From Acidimicrobiia bacterium (GTDB lineage Bacteria > Actinomycetota > Acidimicrobiia > Spongiisociales > Spongiisociaceae), in assembly GCA_041576165.1 (NCBI GenBank), contig JBFGLM010000001.1:64001-128000 (forward strand): a stretch of 64,000 nt of DNA, read 5' to 3'. The first letter of the stretch is position 1, and the number at the start of each line of letters is the position of its first letter. Position numbers and translations under genes: made by a program. The notes below the pieces were generated by a model. That model was given only the letters and a program-made list of their open reading frames with translations. It was not told the origin of the DNA and did no database searches. Positions 20,178 to 28,221 of this stretch are shown here, in pieces.

Positions 20178-20252
20178 TGGACGCGCCAACGCCGGTTGCT
20201 GCCCGCCGAAATCGGCCGGGTCCGCGGCCCCGACTCGCATACCATCAACCGG

Positions 20253-22046
20253 ATGGACGCGCTCCGCCCCCGGGATCTGTTGACCGAAGGCACCCAGCTG
20301 GTGCGGCTTCTCGTGCGCGGGCATCCGGTGGCTTTCGCCACCGCTGTTTTCGGCGCCGCCTTGTTCGTTTCGGCCATCGTTGCGTCTGCGGTCGTCATAG
20401 GACGCGTCACCGAAGAGTTGGTCATCCCGGTGCTCGACTTCGGAGCGCCGAGTCGGGGACGGGTGGCAGGAGCATTGCTCGCGATCGTCGGAGTAGCCCT
20501 GTGGAAGGCGACCGGTATCGTCGTGCGCCGGATCGGCGCCGGGTACCTCCAGTACCGATCGCGTATCGACCTGCGGCGCCGGATGCTCGACCATCAGCTC
20601 CGGCTGGAGGCTGCCTGGTTTGATCAGCAGGCCGTAGGTGAGCTGCTATCGATCTCAGAGAACGACACCGCCAAGGCCACGTTCATCCTCGCGCCGCTTC
20701 CGTACGCCACCGGCACCATCTTTCTCGTCTTGGGGACGCTGGTGCTGCTGTTCGTGTTCGACCCGATGATCGGAGCGATCGCACTTACGGGGGCGGCGGC
20801 GACGATCCTCGGCGACTTCTGGGGGATGTGGAAGACCTTCTCGGCGTTCCAGGAGGTGCTCCAGCTTCGGGGCGAGGTGAGCGCCGTGGCACACGAATCG
20901 TTCGACGGCGCATTGACCGTCAAGGCGCTGGGCCGGGAACGGCATGAGACCGACCGCCTGGCGGCGGTGTCGAACCAACTCCGGGATCAGTTCATCGTCG
21001 TCACACGTTTGTTCGGGACCTACCGCAGCGTCGTTGAGGCCCTCACACCGCTCACCACCATCGTCGTGCTGTGGGTGGGCACCATCCGCACAACGTCCGG
21101 AGCCATTTCGGTCGGAGACCTGGTCACGGCCGTATACCTGCTGGCATTGCTGGCCCTCCCGATCCGCATCCTCGGTTATGTGATGTGGGATCTGACCGAG
21201 AGCACGGCCGCCTGGCGACGGGTTTCCCGGATCCTGACCGCCGACCAGTTTGTGTCACACGGCGACGAGCAAGCACGAACGGATGACGACGGCGCAGAAC
21301 TGGACGCGTCGGCCGTGAGTTTTTCCTATCCGAACGCCGAACCGGTGCTCGTCGACGTCGAATTCTCCGTTGATCCGGGCAGCACCGTCGCGATCGTGGG
21401 CCCGACCGGCTCGGGCAAATCGACGGTCGCGATGTTGCTCGCCCGCCTGTGGGACCCGGCCACCGGGGCGGTACGTATGGACGGCCGTGACCTGCGGCAG
21501 CTAGCCCGGGGAGCGCTGCCGTCCGAGCTCGCCTATGTTGCGCAAGAGGTCTTTCTGTTCGACGACACCGTGCGGGCCAACATCAGGCTCGGAGCGCCCC
21601 TGTCGGAATCCGAGGTCCAAAACGCGGCCCGGATGGCGGGAGCCCATGACTTCATCAGCGAGCTCCCCGACGGATATGCCACGCTGATAGGCGAGCGCGG
21701 TGCGACGCTCTCGGGGGGCCAGCGCCAGCGAATCGCACTAGCCCGAGCGCTCGCTCGCCGCCCCCGCCTTCTGATCCTGGACGATGCCACCTCGGCGATC
21801 GACCCCTCGGTCGAGGCCCAGATCCTCCAGCGTCTGCGCTCGGCCGAGCTGCCATCGAGCATCGTGATCATCGCCTACCGGCCCTCCAGCGTTGCGCTCG
21901 CCGACGAAGTCATCTACGTCGAGGAGGGCCGGGTCAAGGCGCAGGGCAAACACGATGACCTGCTGAACCGGGAGCCGGGGTACGCCGATTTGCTACGCGC
22001 CTACGAGCACGACGCCGGACGCGGTGGGGGTGGTGAGGGGGGATGA
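20253..22046 (+). CDS. ABC exporter half (TMD+NBD) of a heterodimer
   Basis: Walker A GPTGSGKS, signature LSGGQRQR, degenerate Walker B LDDATS and H-loop IAYR. Confidence 0.92.
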   Translation: MDALRPRDLLTEGTQLVRLLVRGHPVAFATAVFGAALFVSAIVASAVVIGRVTEELVIPVLDFGAPSRGRVAGALLAIVGVALWKATGIVVRRIGAGYLQYRSRIDLRRRMLDHQLRLEAAWFDQQAVGELLSISENDTAKATFILAPLPYATGTIFLVLGTLVLLFVFDPMIGAIALTGAAATILGDFWGMWKTFSAFQEVLQLRGEVSAVAHESFDGALTVKALGRERHETDRLAAVSNQLRDQFIVVTRLFGTYRSVVEALTPLTTIVVLWVGTIRTTSGAISVGDLVTAVYLLALLALPIRILGYVMWDLTESTAAWRRVSRILTADQFVSHGDEQARTDDDGAELDASAVSFSYPNAEPVLVDVEFSVDPGSTVAIVGPTGSGKSTVAMLLARLWDPATGAVRMDGRDLRQLARGALPSELAYVAQEVFLFDDTVRANIRLGAPLSESEVQNAARMAGAHDFISELPDGYATLIGERGATLSGGQRQRIALARALARRPRLLILDDATSAIDPSVEAQILQRLRSAELPSSIVIIAYRPSSVALADEVIYVEEGRVKAQGKHDDLLNREPGYADLLRAYEHDAGRGGGGEGG

Positions 22047-23809
22047 CCGCGACGCCCATCAAGACCTTCGAGAGCCTACGTCGCGCTTTTGTGCGAGTGC
22101 CGGCACTGTCGCAGGGGTTCCGCCTGACGCTGCTTGCCGCCCTGGTATCGACCGCGGTTCAGGTAGCAGTTCCGATTGCGGTGCAACAGATCATCGACAA
22201 CCAAATCCTCTCCGCAGAGGGGCTCAACCTGGCCGAGGTCGGGCGGCTCAGCCGCCAGGCCATATTCGTTGTCCTGGCCGGCATCGTGGCTCGGCGGCTC
22301 ACGATCGTTCGGCTCGGAACGGCATCAGCCCGCGGGCTTTCCGACCTGAGAATCCGCACATTCGGCCACCTCCACCAACGATCCGTGCTGCACGTGCAGG
22401 CCGAGCGCCGCGGTTCGCTGGTGTCGCGGGTTACGTCGGATGTCGCCACTATCCAAGACTTCATGGACTGGGGTGGGCTTGGCGCGATCACCGGCGGCGC
22501 CCAGCTGCTGGTGGCATTGGCCGTCATGGTGATCTACGACTGGCGCCTCGCTTCGTTCGTGCTGGGTGCCGTCGGGCTCTACGCAAGCTTGCTTTGGTGG
22601 TTCCAGGGGATTCTGCAACGAGCGCACGACGAAGTGCGCCAACGAGTGGCGGATTCAATGTCGCGGCTGGGTGAGGCGATCGCCGGCGTGATGGTCGTAC
22701 GGGCGTACGGCGCAGAAGAGGCGGCTTCCGGCCGCACCGACGTCTCCTTCCAGGCCCAATTCGAGGCCGAGTACAGGACGGCCAAGCTGGGAGCCGCTCT
22801 GTTCTCGACCGCAGACATCTTTGCAGGCTTCATCACGGCCGGGGTTGTCGGGTTTGGCATCCTGCTGGGCGACATGTCGGCCGGGACGCTCCTCGCCTTC
22901 CTCTTCCTGGCGACCCTGCTGGTGGAGCCGGTCCAAATGCTGGTCGAGGTGCTCGAGGTGGCGCAGTCGGCCGGAGCCGGCCTGCGGAGAATCCTCGAGG
23001 TGCTCGACACGGAAATCGACATACCCGACCCGGCCGACACCCGCCGCGAGCTGCCCAGAGGTCCGTTGACCGTCGAGTTCGCGGGAGTCGGCTTCTCCTA
23101 CCGGCCGGGCCAACCGGTGCTCCTGGATGTGTCGGTGGAGATTGACGCCGGTCGGCGTGTCGCCATCGTCGGTGAAACCGGCTCGGGCAAGACGACGTTC
23201 GCCAAACTCGCAGCACGACTGCTCGACCCGAGCGAGGGCACAATCGCGATCGGTGGCATCCCCATCAAGGAGGTGCCCTTCTCCAGCCTGCGGCGGCGGG
23301 TCGGCTTTGTCCCCCAAGAGGCGTTCCTGTTCAACATGACCATCGCCGACAATGTGCGGTACGGGCGGCCCGACGCCAACTACAGCGAGGTGCGTTCCGC
23401 GTTCGAGGACCTCGGGCTACACGAATGGCTGGATGACCTGCCGCAGGGCCTGGCGACTCCTGTCGGTGAAGGCGGCGGCCAGCTGTCGGCCGGCGAACGG
23501 CAGCTCGTAGCACTCGCCCGGGCGTGGATCACCAACCCCCACCTGCTGATCTTGGACGAGGCGACGTCGGCGGTCGACCCGGCGCTGGAGGTCCGGCTGC
23601 GCCGGGCGATTGCCCTGCTGGCCGAGGGCCGCACCTCCATCACCATCGCTCATCGGCTGTCGACCGCCGAGGCGAGCGACGAGATCCTGGTCTTCGACCG
23701 AGGCCGGCTCGTCGAGCGCGGCACCCACCCTGTGCTGCTGGCAGCCGGCGGCGTGTATCGCGCACTACACGCCGATTGGTCTTCCGGCATCAAGGGTGAT
23801 GTTGGATGA
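22043..23809 (+). CDS. ABC exporter half (TMD+NBD) of a heterodimer
   Basis: ATGA overlap with the upstream half; GETGSGKT, LSAGERQ, LDEATS and IAHR. Confidence 0.92.
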   Translation: MTATPIKTFESLRRAFVRVPALSQGFRLTLLAALVSTAVQVAVPIAVQQIIDNQILSAEGLNLAEVGRLSRQAIFVVLAGIVARRLTIVRLGTASARGLSDLRIRTFGHLHQRSVLHVQAERRGSLVSRVTSDVATIQDFMDWGGLGAITGGAQLLVALAVMVIYDWRLASFVLGAVGLYASLLWWFQGILQRAHDEVRQRVADSMSRLGEAIAGVMVVRAYGAEEAASGRTDVSFQAQFEAEYRTAKLGAALFSTADIFAGFITAGVVGFGILLGDMSAGTLLAFLFLATLLVEPVQMLVEVLEVAQSAGAGLRRILEVLDTEIDIPDPADTRRELPRGPLTVEFAGVGFSYRPGQPVLLDVSVEIDAGRRVAIVGETGSGKTTFAKLAARLLDPSEGTIAIGGIPIKEVPFSSLRRRVGFVPQEAFLFNMTIADNVRYGRPDANYSEVRSAFEDLGLHEWLDDLPQGLATPVGEGGGQLSAGERQLVALARAWITNPHLLILDEATSAVDPALEVRLRRAIALLAEGRTSITIAHRLSTAEASDEILVFDRGRLVERGTHPVLLAAGGVYRALHADWSSGIKGDVG

Positions 23810-23874
23810 CCGCGGCGGGGCAGGAGGGTGAGTCAGCGGCTCCTGGAGCCGGCGGGTGTGCGATCAGTGGCGTG

Positions 23875-24264
23875 TCACGTCGCAGGAGCGAAGAGGTCTA
23901 CCGGGTTGCCGTCGGGGTCGAGCACGGTGGCGTAGCGCTGGCCCCAAAAGGCGTCGAATGGGGTCTTGACGGATTCATGGCCGGCTGCGATGACCTGGTG
24001 GTAGATCCGATCGACAGACAGAGCGTCCCTACACATGAAGGCCAGGGTGACACGGCCGTTCCCGTCACCCGGCTGCCAGGCCGGGTTGACCGATGCGATC
24101 AACTCTTCGGTATCAAACATGATCCGAAGCCCATTGCCGATCTCGGCTTCGACGTGAGATTCGGCCTCGGCGCCGGGCGGTATGTCAAGTCCTACCATGC
24201 GGTAAAAGTCGAGCGTCGCAGCCATGTCCGCCACCACTACACCGACGGCGTCGAGTGTCGCCAC
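23875..24264 (-). CDS. VOC/glyoxalase family protein
   Basis: VGVVVADMAATLDFY...PFDAFWGQRYATVLDPDGNPVDL. GTG start after GAGGGAGG. Confidence 0.9.
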   Translation of the reverse strand: MATLDAVGVVVADMAATLDFYRMVGLDIPPGAEAESHVEAEIGNGLRIMFDTEELIASVNPAWQPGDGNGRVTLAFMCRDALSVDRIYHQVIAAGHESVKTPFDAFWGQRYATVLDPDGNPVDLFAPAT

Positions 24265-24398
24265 CCTTCCCTCCCTCATTGCTCGGGGCGATTCTGCCAA
24301 AACCCGGGGTGTGAACGCCGCGTTCGGTCCCACGGGCGCCCGACTCACTAGTCGGGTCGGCCTCTAGCATATGCCGTCGCACCACCAGGAGGACGTCG

Positions 24399-25076
24399 AT
24401 GCAGGCAGTCGAGTTCATCTACGTCGGGGACGTGATGTGCTCCTGGTGCTGGGGTTTTGCCCCCACCATCCAGGGTTTGGGCCGACACTTCACCGTTCCG
24501 ATCCGGCTTGTGAACGGCGGCCTGCGGCCCGGCCCGGAGGCAGAGAAGCTGGACGACGGCATGCGTTCCATGTTGCGACACCACTGGACCCAGGTGGCAT
24601 CGGTTTCGGGACAGCCGTTCGATCTGACTTTCCTCGACCGCGAGGACGGGTGGGTCTACGACACCGAACTGCCCGCAATGGCGATGGTGACTGTGAGAGA
24701 AATGGTGCCCGATCTGACATTGCCCGTATTCGAGCGCCTCCAGCGGGCCTTCTATGCCGACGGGTTCGACCTCACCGATCCCGCGGAATACCCCCGGCTG
24801 ATTGATTCGTTCGAACTCGATTCCGCAGTGTTCTTGGCGACGTTTGCGAGCGAATCGGCCCGCTGGAAAGCGTGGGAAGATTTCGAAGAAGCTCGCAGCA
24901 TGGGCGTCGCCGGATTCCCCACGCTGTTACTCAGGACGGACGGCAAGCTGGCGGTCGTCACCCGCGGCTACGCCCCACTGGAGCGCATCGCACCGGCCGT
25001 CGAGGCCTATCTGCACGACGAGCTGGGGCCCCCCGCTGCGGGCTTGGTGTGCGCAATCGACGACCCGAACTGCTGA
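24399..25076 (+). CDS. DsbA/thioredoxin-fold protein (CSWC)
   Basis: YVGDVMCSWCWGFAP and cis-Pro loop GVAGFPTL. GGAGG RBS. Confidence 0.9.
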   Translation: MQAVEFIYVGDVMCSWCWGFAPTIQGLGRHFTVPIRLVNGGLRPGPEAEKLDDGMRSMLRHHWTQVASVSGQPFDLTFLDREDGWVYDTELPAMAMVTVREMVPDLTLPVFERLQRAFYADGFDLTDPAEYPRLIDSFELDSAVFLATFASESARWKAWEDFEEARSMGVAGFPTLLLRTDGKLAVVTRGYAPLERIAPAVEAYLHDELGPPAAGLVCAIDDPNC

Positions 25077-25188
25077 CAATCCTGGGGCCGGCACCGGGCG
25101 CAGCGACACCCAGATGAACGCGGTTGAAGCGGCAGGACGGACAGCTGCTGGTGATGAAGCTGTCCGGTTCCGAGAAGCGAGCAGAAGA

Positions 25189-25226
25189 GGCCCCCCGGTC
25201 GGAGCATGCTCCGACCGGGGCCTTTT
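25189..25226. terminator. Intrinsic, probably bidirectional terminator between convergent genes
   Basis: Stem CCCCGGTCGGAG-CATG-CTCCGACCGGGG followed by CCTTTT on +, and by a pyrimidine tract on -. Confidence 0.75.
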
Positions 25227-25322
25227 CACGTTGGAGGGACTGAGATCTGGAAAGAATGTTCAAAATCTCGGAACTTCCTCCCTCCGCCACCGTCTGATCA
25301 GCGCCGGAGAGGGCCGGGGAGG

Positions 25323-25532
25323 TTATCCCCCCCAATCTCCCCGGGCTGATCCGGCGCCTTTCCTCCTCGAGGAGGGGCGGCTTGGCCGCCCCTCCTCGAC
25401 GTACTGGGCTCGGAGGACGATCAGCGATTGATCACGCGCGCCCTGCTCGTCTCGGCGGTCCCGACGGGCCACGAGGCCCAACAGCAGCCAGACCAGTCCG
25501 TTGAGGACGACGGTCACCGCCAACCAGGTCAT
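25323..25532 (-). CDS. Small single-TM protein translationally coupled to the OsmC-like gene
   Basis: ATGA overlap with the OsmC-like stop; N-terminal hydrophobic helix followed by RRDRR. Confidence 0.45.
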   Translation of the reverse strand: MTWLAVTVVLNGLVWLLLGLVARRDRRDEQGARDQSLIVLRAQYVEEGRPSRPSSRRKGAGSARGDWGG

Positions 25533-26047
25533 GCCAGATCGATGTCGACCGGTACCGCCCGGGTGAGGGTGTGTCCCACCGGTGACGTCGCCACCACCTT
25601 GCGGTGGATCTCAGCCAACGCGGCCTCGTCTGCCTCCGCATCCAGATGGACGGCTACCCGGATCTGCTCGTAGCCGGCGTTGCCATCACCCAGTCCGAGG
25701 AACGTGTGCAAATCCACGTCGCCCTCGAGGTCTATACGAAGATCGTTGATGGCAATACCCGCGGCCGTCAGGTTGGCGGCGTATCCGACCGCCAGGCAAT
25801 TCCCCAGCGCTGCGAGCAGCTGCTCGACCGGGTTGGGGGCGGTGTCGGATCCTCCGAGACCGGTCGGCTCATCCGACTGGGCCGGCGGGAACTCGCGTAT
25901 TCGACCTCGGGACCGGAACCCACCATCCCAGGTCACGGTCGCGGCCCACCTGGTATCGGCCTTGCCCGGTTCCCGGCGAATCGCCTCGACCAGGGAGCCG
26001 ACCGCCTCGATGTCGACATCGTTCAAATGGGTGGAAGTAGTGGTCAT
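25529..26047 (-). CDS. OsmC/Ohr family protein
   Basis: DEPTGLGGSDTAPNPVEQLLAALGNC. The second Cys position reads TSPV. GAAAGGA RBS. Confidence 0.88.
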   Translation of the reverse strand: MTTTSTHLNDVDIEAVGSLVEAIRREPGKADTRWAATVTWDGGFRSRGRIREFPPAQSDEPTGLGGSDTAPNPVEQLLAALGNCLAVGYAANLTAAGIAINDLRIDLEGDVDLHTFLGLGDGNAGYEQIRVAVHLDAEADEAALAEIHRKVVATSPVGHTLTRAVPVDIDLA

Positions 26048-26129
26048 TCATATCCTTTCTCCGGCCGGACGCCCCGCGACAGACCGCAGGTCGAACAATG
26101 GGTGCTCCCGGGTGCCGACGTCCGGCTGG

Positions 26130-26210
26130 TCAGGGCCTTGTGATCACCCGGGAGCGCGGACAGCGAGCGCGGCCGAACGTTCGGTGGGTGGTTCTCCAGG
26201 GCTCATACAT
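26130..26210 (-). CDS. Putative 26-aa leader peptide (MYEPWRTTHRTFGRARCPRSRVITRP)
   Basis: GGAGG 7 nt upstream of ATG. Lies between the riboswitch and the OsmC-like gene, with its stop inside an 11-bp hairpin. Confidence 0.45.
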   Translation of the reverse strand: MYEPWRTTHRTFGRARCPRSRVITRP

Positions 26211-26276
26211 ACGCGATCCTCCGCTCGCATGGCACGCGCTCTGAGAGCGCCGCGAGCGGGAGTCCCGCCACGACCA

Positions 26277-26362
26277 CTCATCGGTCAGGCATTGGCACCC
26301 ACGCACGAATGCGTTGGTTGCCGCGGTTTCGCAGGGCCTGTCCCTCCACCGCTCTAGATGAG
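26277..26362 (-). ncRNA. SAM-I (S-box) riboswitch, compact form lacking P4
   Basis: Minus strand reads CUCAUC UAGAG CGGUGGAGGGACAGGCCCUGCGAAACCG CGGCAACC...GGUGCCAAUGCCUG ACC GAUGAG. This gives P1 CUCAUC/GAUGAG, the kink-turn P2, GGCAACC/GGUGC P3 and a CAGG/CCUG pseudoknot. Confidence 0.9.
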
Positions 26363-26415
26363 CGCGTTGGTTGTGAATGGGGAGCATACCCGGTTGTGGC
26401 ACACTCGGGAACCGC

Positions 26416-27474
26416 TCAAGCGGAGCCGATGTCTGGCTCCTCGCGGTTCAGGTCGGTAATGATGCCCAAGGCCGCACCCAGCGTGTCGAGCCGGTCCGAC
26501 AGCGTCTCGCCCGCCGGATACAGCCGAAGCGTGTTGATGCCCTGATCGCGCCACACCCGCATCCGGTTGCGCACCATTTCGGGCGTGCCAATCATCGTGG
26601 TTTGCAGCACCATTTCGTCGGGGATCATCCCGGCTGCCGCCTCCCGCCGACCCTCGGTCCAGAGCCGCCGGACCTCGGCCGCTACCTCGGCCCAACCTTG
26701 TCGCGAATACGCGTCGTTGTAGAAGTTGGTCGTCGACGATCCCATTCCGCCGAGGGTGAAGGCCAGGCCCGGTTTGCGGGCCGCCACCATGTCGGAGACG
26801 TCGTCCCCGAACGCGACCTCGCCACCTTGCGAGATGTCGATGTCTGCCAGCGTGCGGCCGCTCCTGGCAGCCCCGGCGGCAATGTCGCCCAGGAACGCTT
26901 CCGCCCGTTCTGGGATGAACGCGGTGCCCAGCCAGCCGTCGGCCAGCTCACCGGTAAGTTGCAGCATGCGAGGCGACAGGGTCGCCAGGTACAACGGCAT
27001 GAACGGCTGCGGCTGCACGGCTAGGCGGAGCGCCTTTCCTTCCCCATCGGGCCGCGGCAGCTGGATGGTCGCACCGTCGTACACCACCTTCGATCCGTTC
27101 AACGCCAGCCGAATGACCTCAATGGTCTCGCGCAGGCGGAGAAGCGGCCGGGCGAACTCCACGCCGTGTAAGCCCTCGATCACCTGAGGGCCGCTCACCC
27201 CGAGCCCCAGCAGGAACCGCCCGCCGCTCATAACGGCCAGTGACGCTGCGGTCTGGGCGGTCATCGCCGCACTGCGGACGCCAACTTGGAAGATTCCCGC
27301 ACCGATCAGCATTCTGTCTGTGACCGCCGCCAGATATCCCAGCGGAGCGGCGGCGTCGTAGCCCCACGCCTCCGGGACCCACACGACGTCGACTCCTAGA
27401 TGCTCGGCCTCGCGCACGTACGGCAGCGTCTCGTGCCAGTCATGATCGGGCGCAACGCTGATGGCCGATCTCAT
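26416..27474 (-). CDS. LLM class (probably F420-dependent) oxidoreductase
   Basis: WVPEAWGYDA, GGRFLLGLGVSGPQVIEGLHG and GELADGW. Confidence 0.9.
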   Translation of the reverse strand: MRSAISVAPDHDWHETLPYVREAEHLGVDVVWVPEAWGYDAAAPLGYLAAVTDRMLIGAGIFQVGVRSAAMTAQTAASLAVMSGGRFLLGLGVSGPQVIEGLHGVEFARPLLRLRETIEVIRLALNGSKVVYDGATIQLPRPDGEGKALRLAVQPQPFMPLYLATLSPRMLQLTGELADGWLGTAFIPERAEAFLGDIAAGAARSGRTLADIDISQGGEVAFGDDVSDMVAARKPGLAFTLGGMGSSTTNFYNDAYSRQGWAEVAAEVRRLWTEGRREAAAGMIPDEMVLQTTMIGTPEMVRNRMRVWRDQGINTLRLYPAGETLSDRLDTLGAALGIITDLNREEPDIGSA

Positions 27475-27959
27475 CGCTTCTCAACGAGTTCTTTGATCCC
27501 CTCTACCACCTTGCGCATCTGGATCCGCTGTTCATCGATGCGACGCTGGATGATGTCGTCTTCCCGATCGGGCCGTCTCTCGATCGCCGCACTGAGACCG
27601 CTAGGCCCGGGCCCAAGCTGCATTCGGTAGGTGAGCGACGCTCCTCGCTCTCGCGGTTCGATCAGAAACGTCCACACGGCGGCCGGTTGCTCAACGCTGC
27701 TGACGGCCCACCCAAAAGCCCGATTCGGCTCGAACACCACCACCGTGCTGGTCGTCTCCCACTCACCTATTCGTTCGTGGTGGCTCCTCCCCCGAAATGT
27801 CGCGCCCAGCCCGGCGGGCCTCTCGATCCACTCACCACCCAGGTACTCGTCGCTGAACCGGCTGGGCAGGTCGATATCGGTGATGAGCGGCCAAATTTCT
27901 TCGGGGGCGGCGTAGATCTCGACAGTGAGGTCGGTGGTAGGCGCATCGATCAGTCGCAT
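27471..27959 (-). CDS. SRPBCC (polyketide cyclase-like) family protein
   Basis: EIYAAPEEIWPLITD...GATFRG...FEPNRAFGW. ATGA overlap with the LLM gene. Confidence 0.85.
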   Translation of the reverse strand: MRLIDAPTTDLTVEIYAAPEEIWPLITDIDLPSRFSDEYLGGEWIERPAGLGATFRGRSHHERIGEWETTSTVVVFEPNRAFGWAVSSVEQPAAVWTFLIEPRERGASLTYRMQLGPGPSGLSAAIERRPDREDDIIQRRIDEQRIQMRKVVEGIKELVEKR

Positions 27960-28017
27960 CTTCACGTCCTTTGCGGTGAAGCGTACCGACGCCGTCACGG
28001 GGCGGCCACACAAAGCG

Positions 28018-28053
28018 AAGAGCGAGACGTCGTCCCTACCACGTCTCGCTCTT
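28018..28053 (-). terminator. 13-bp perfect hairpin, terminator-like
   Basis: AAGAGCGAGACGT-N10-ACGTCTCGCTCTT, followed on the minus strand by CGCTTTGTGT. Confidence 0.6.
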
Positions 28054-28221
28054 GGCTTGGTGGGCCGGGCGTTTCCTGGCAGAGGTGCTCGACCGTTTCA
28101 CCTGGTGATGGGCGTTTCCCTGGGCAAGTTCCGCACCATCGCTCTTCTCATCGGCCGGTGAGGTACCCCTGCTTGATGACCATTCTGGGATGGCACGACC
28201 GGACTGACCACCCAACGCCGC

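Noticed and set aside
26048-26206. Selenocysteine read-through extension of the OsmC-like gene (two in-frame TGAs upstream)
   Set aside because: The extension has no redox motif, and the OsmC-like ATG has its own good RBS.
28085-28160. Hammerhead ribozyme (CCGAUGA...GAAAC..GUC on the minus strand)
   Set aside because: The core deviates from CUGANGA and stems I and III cannot form with correct geometry.
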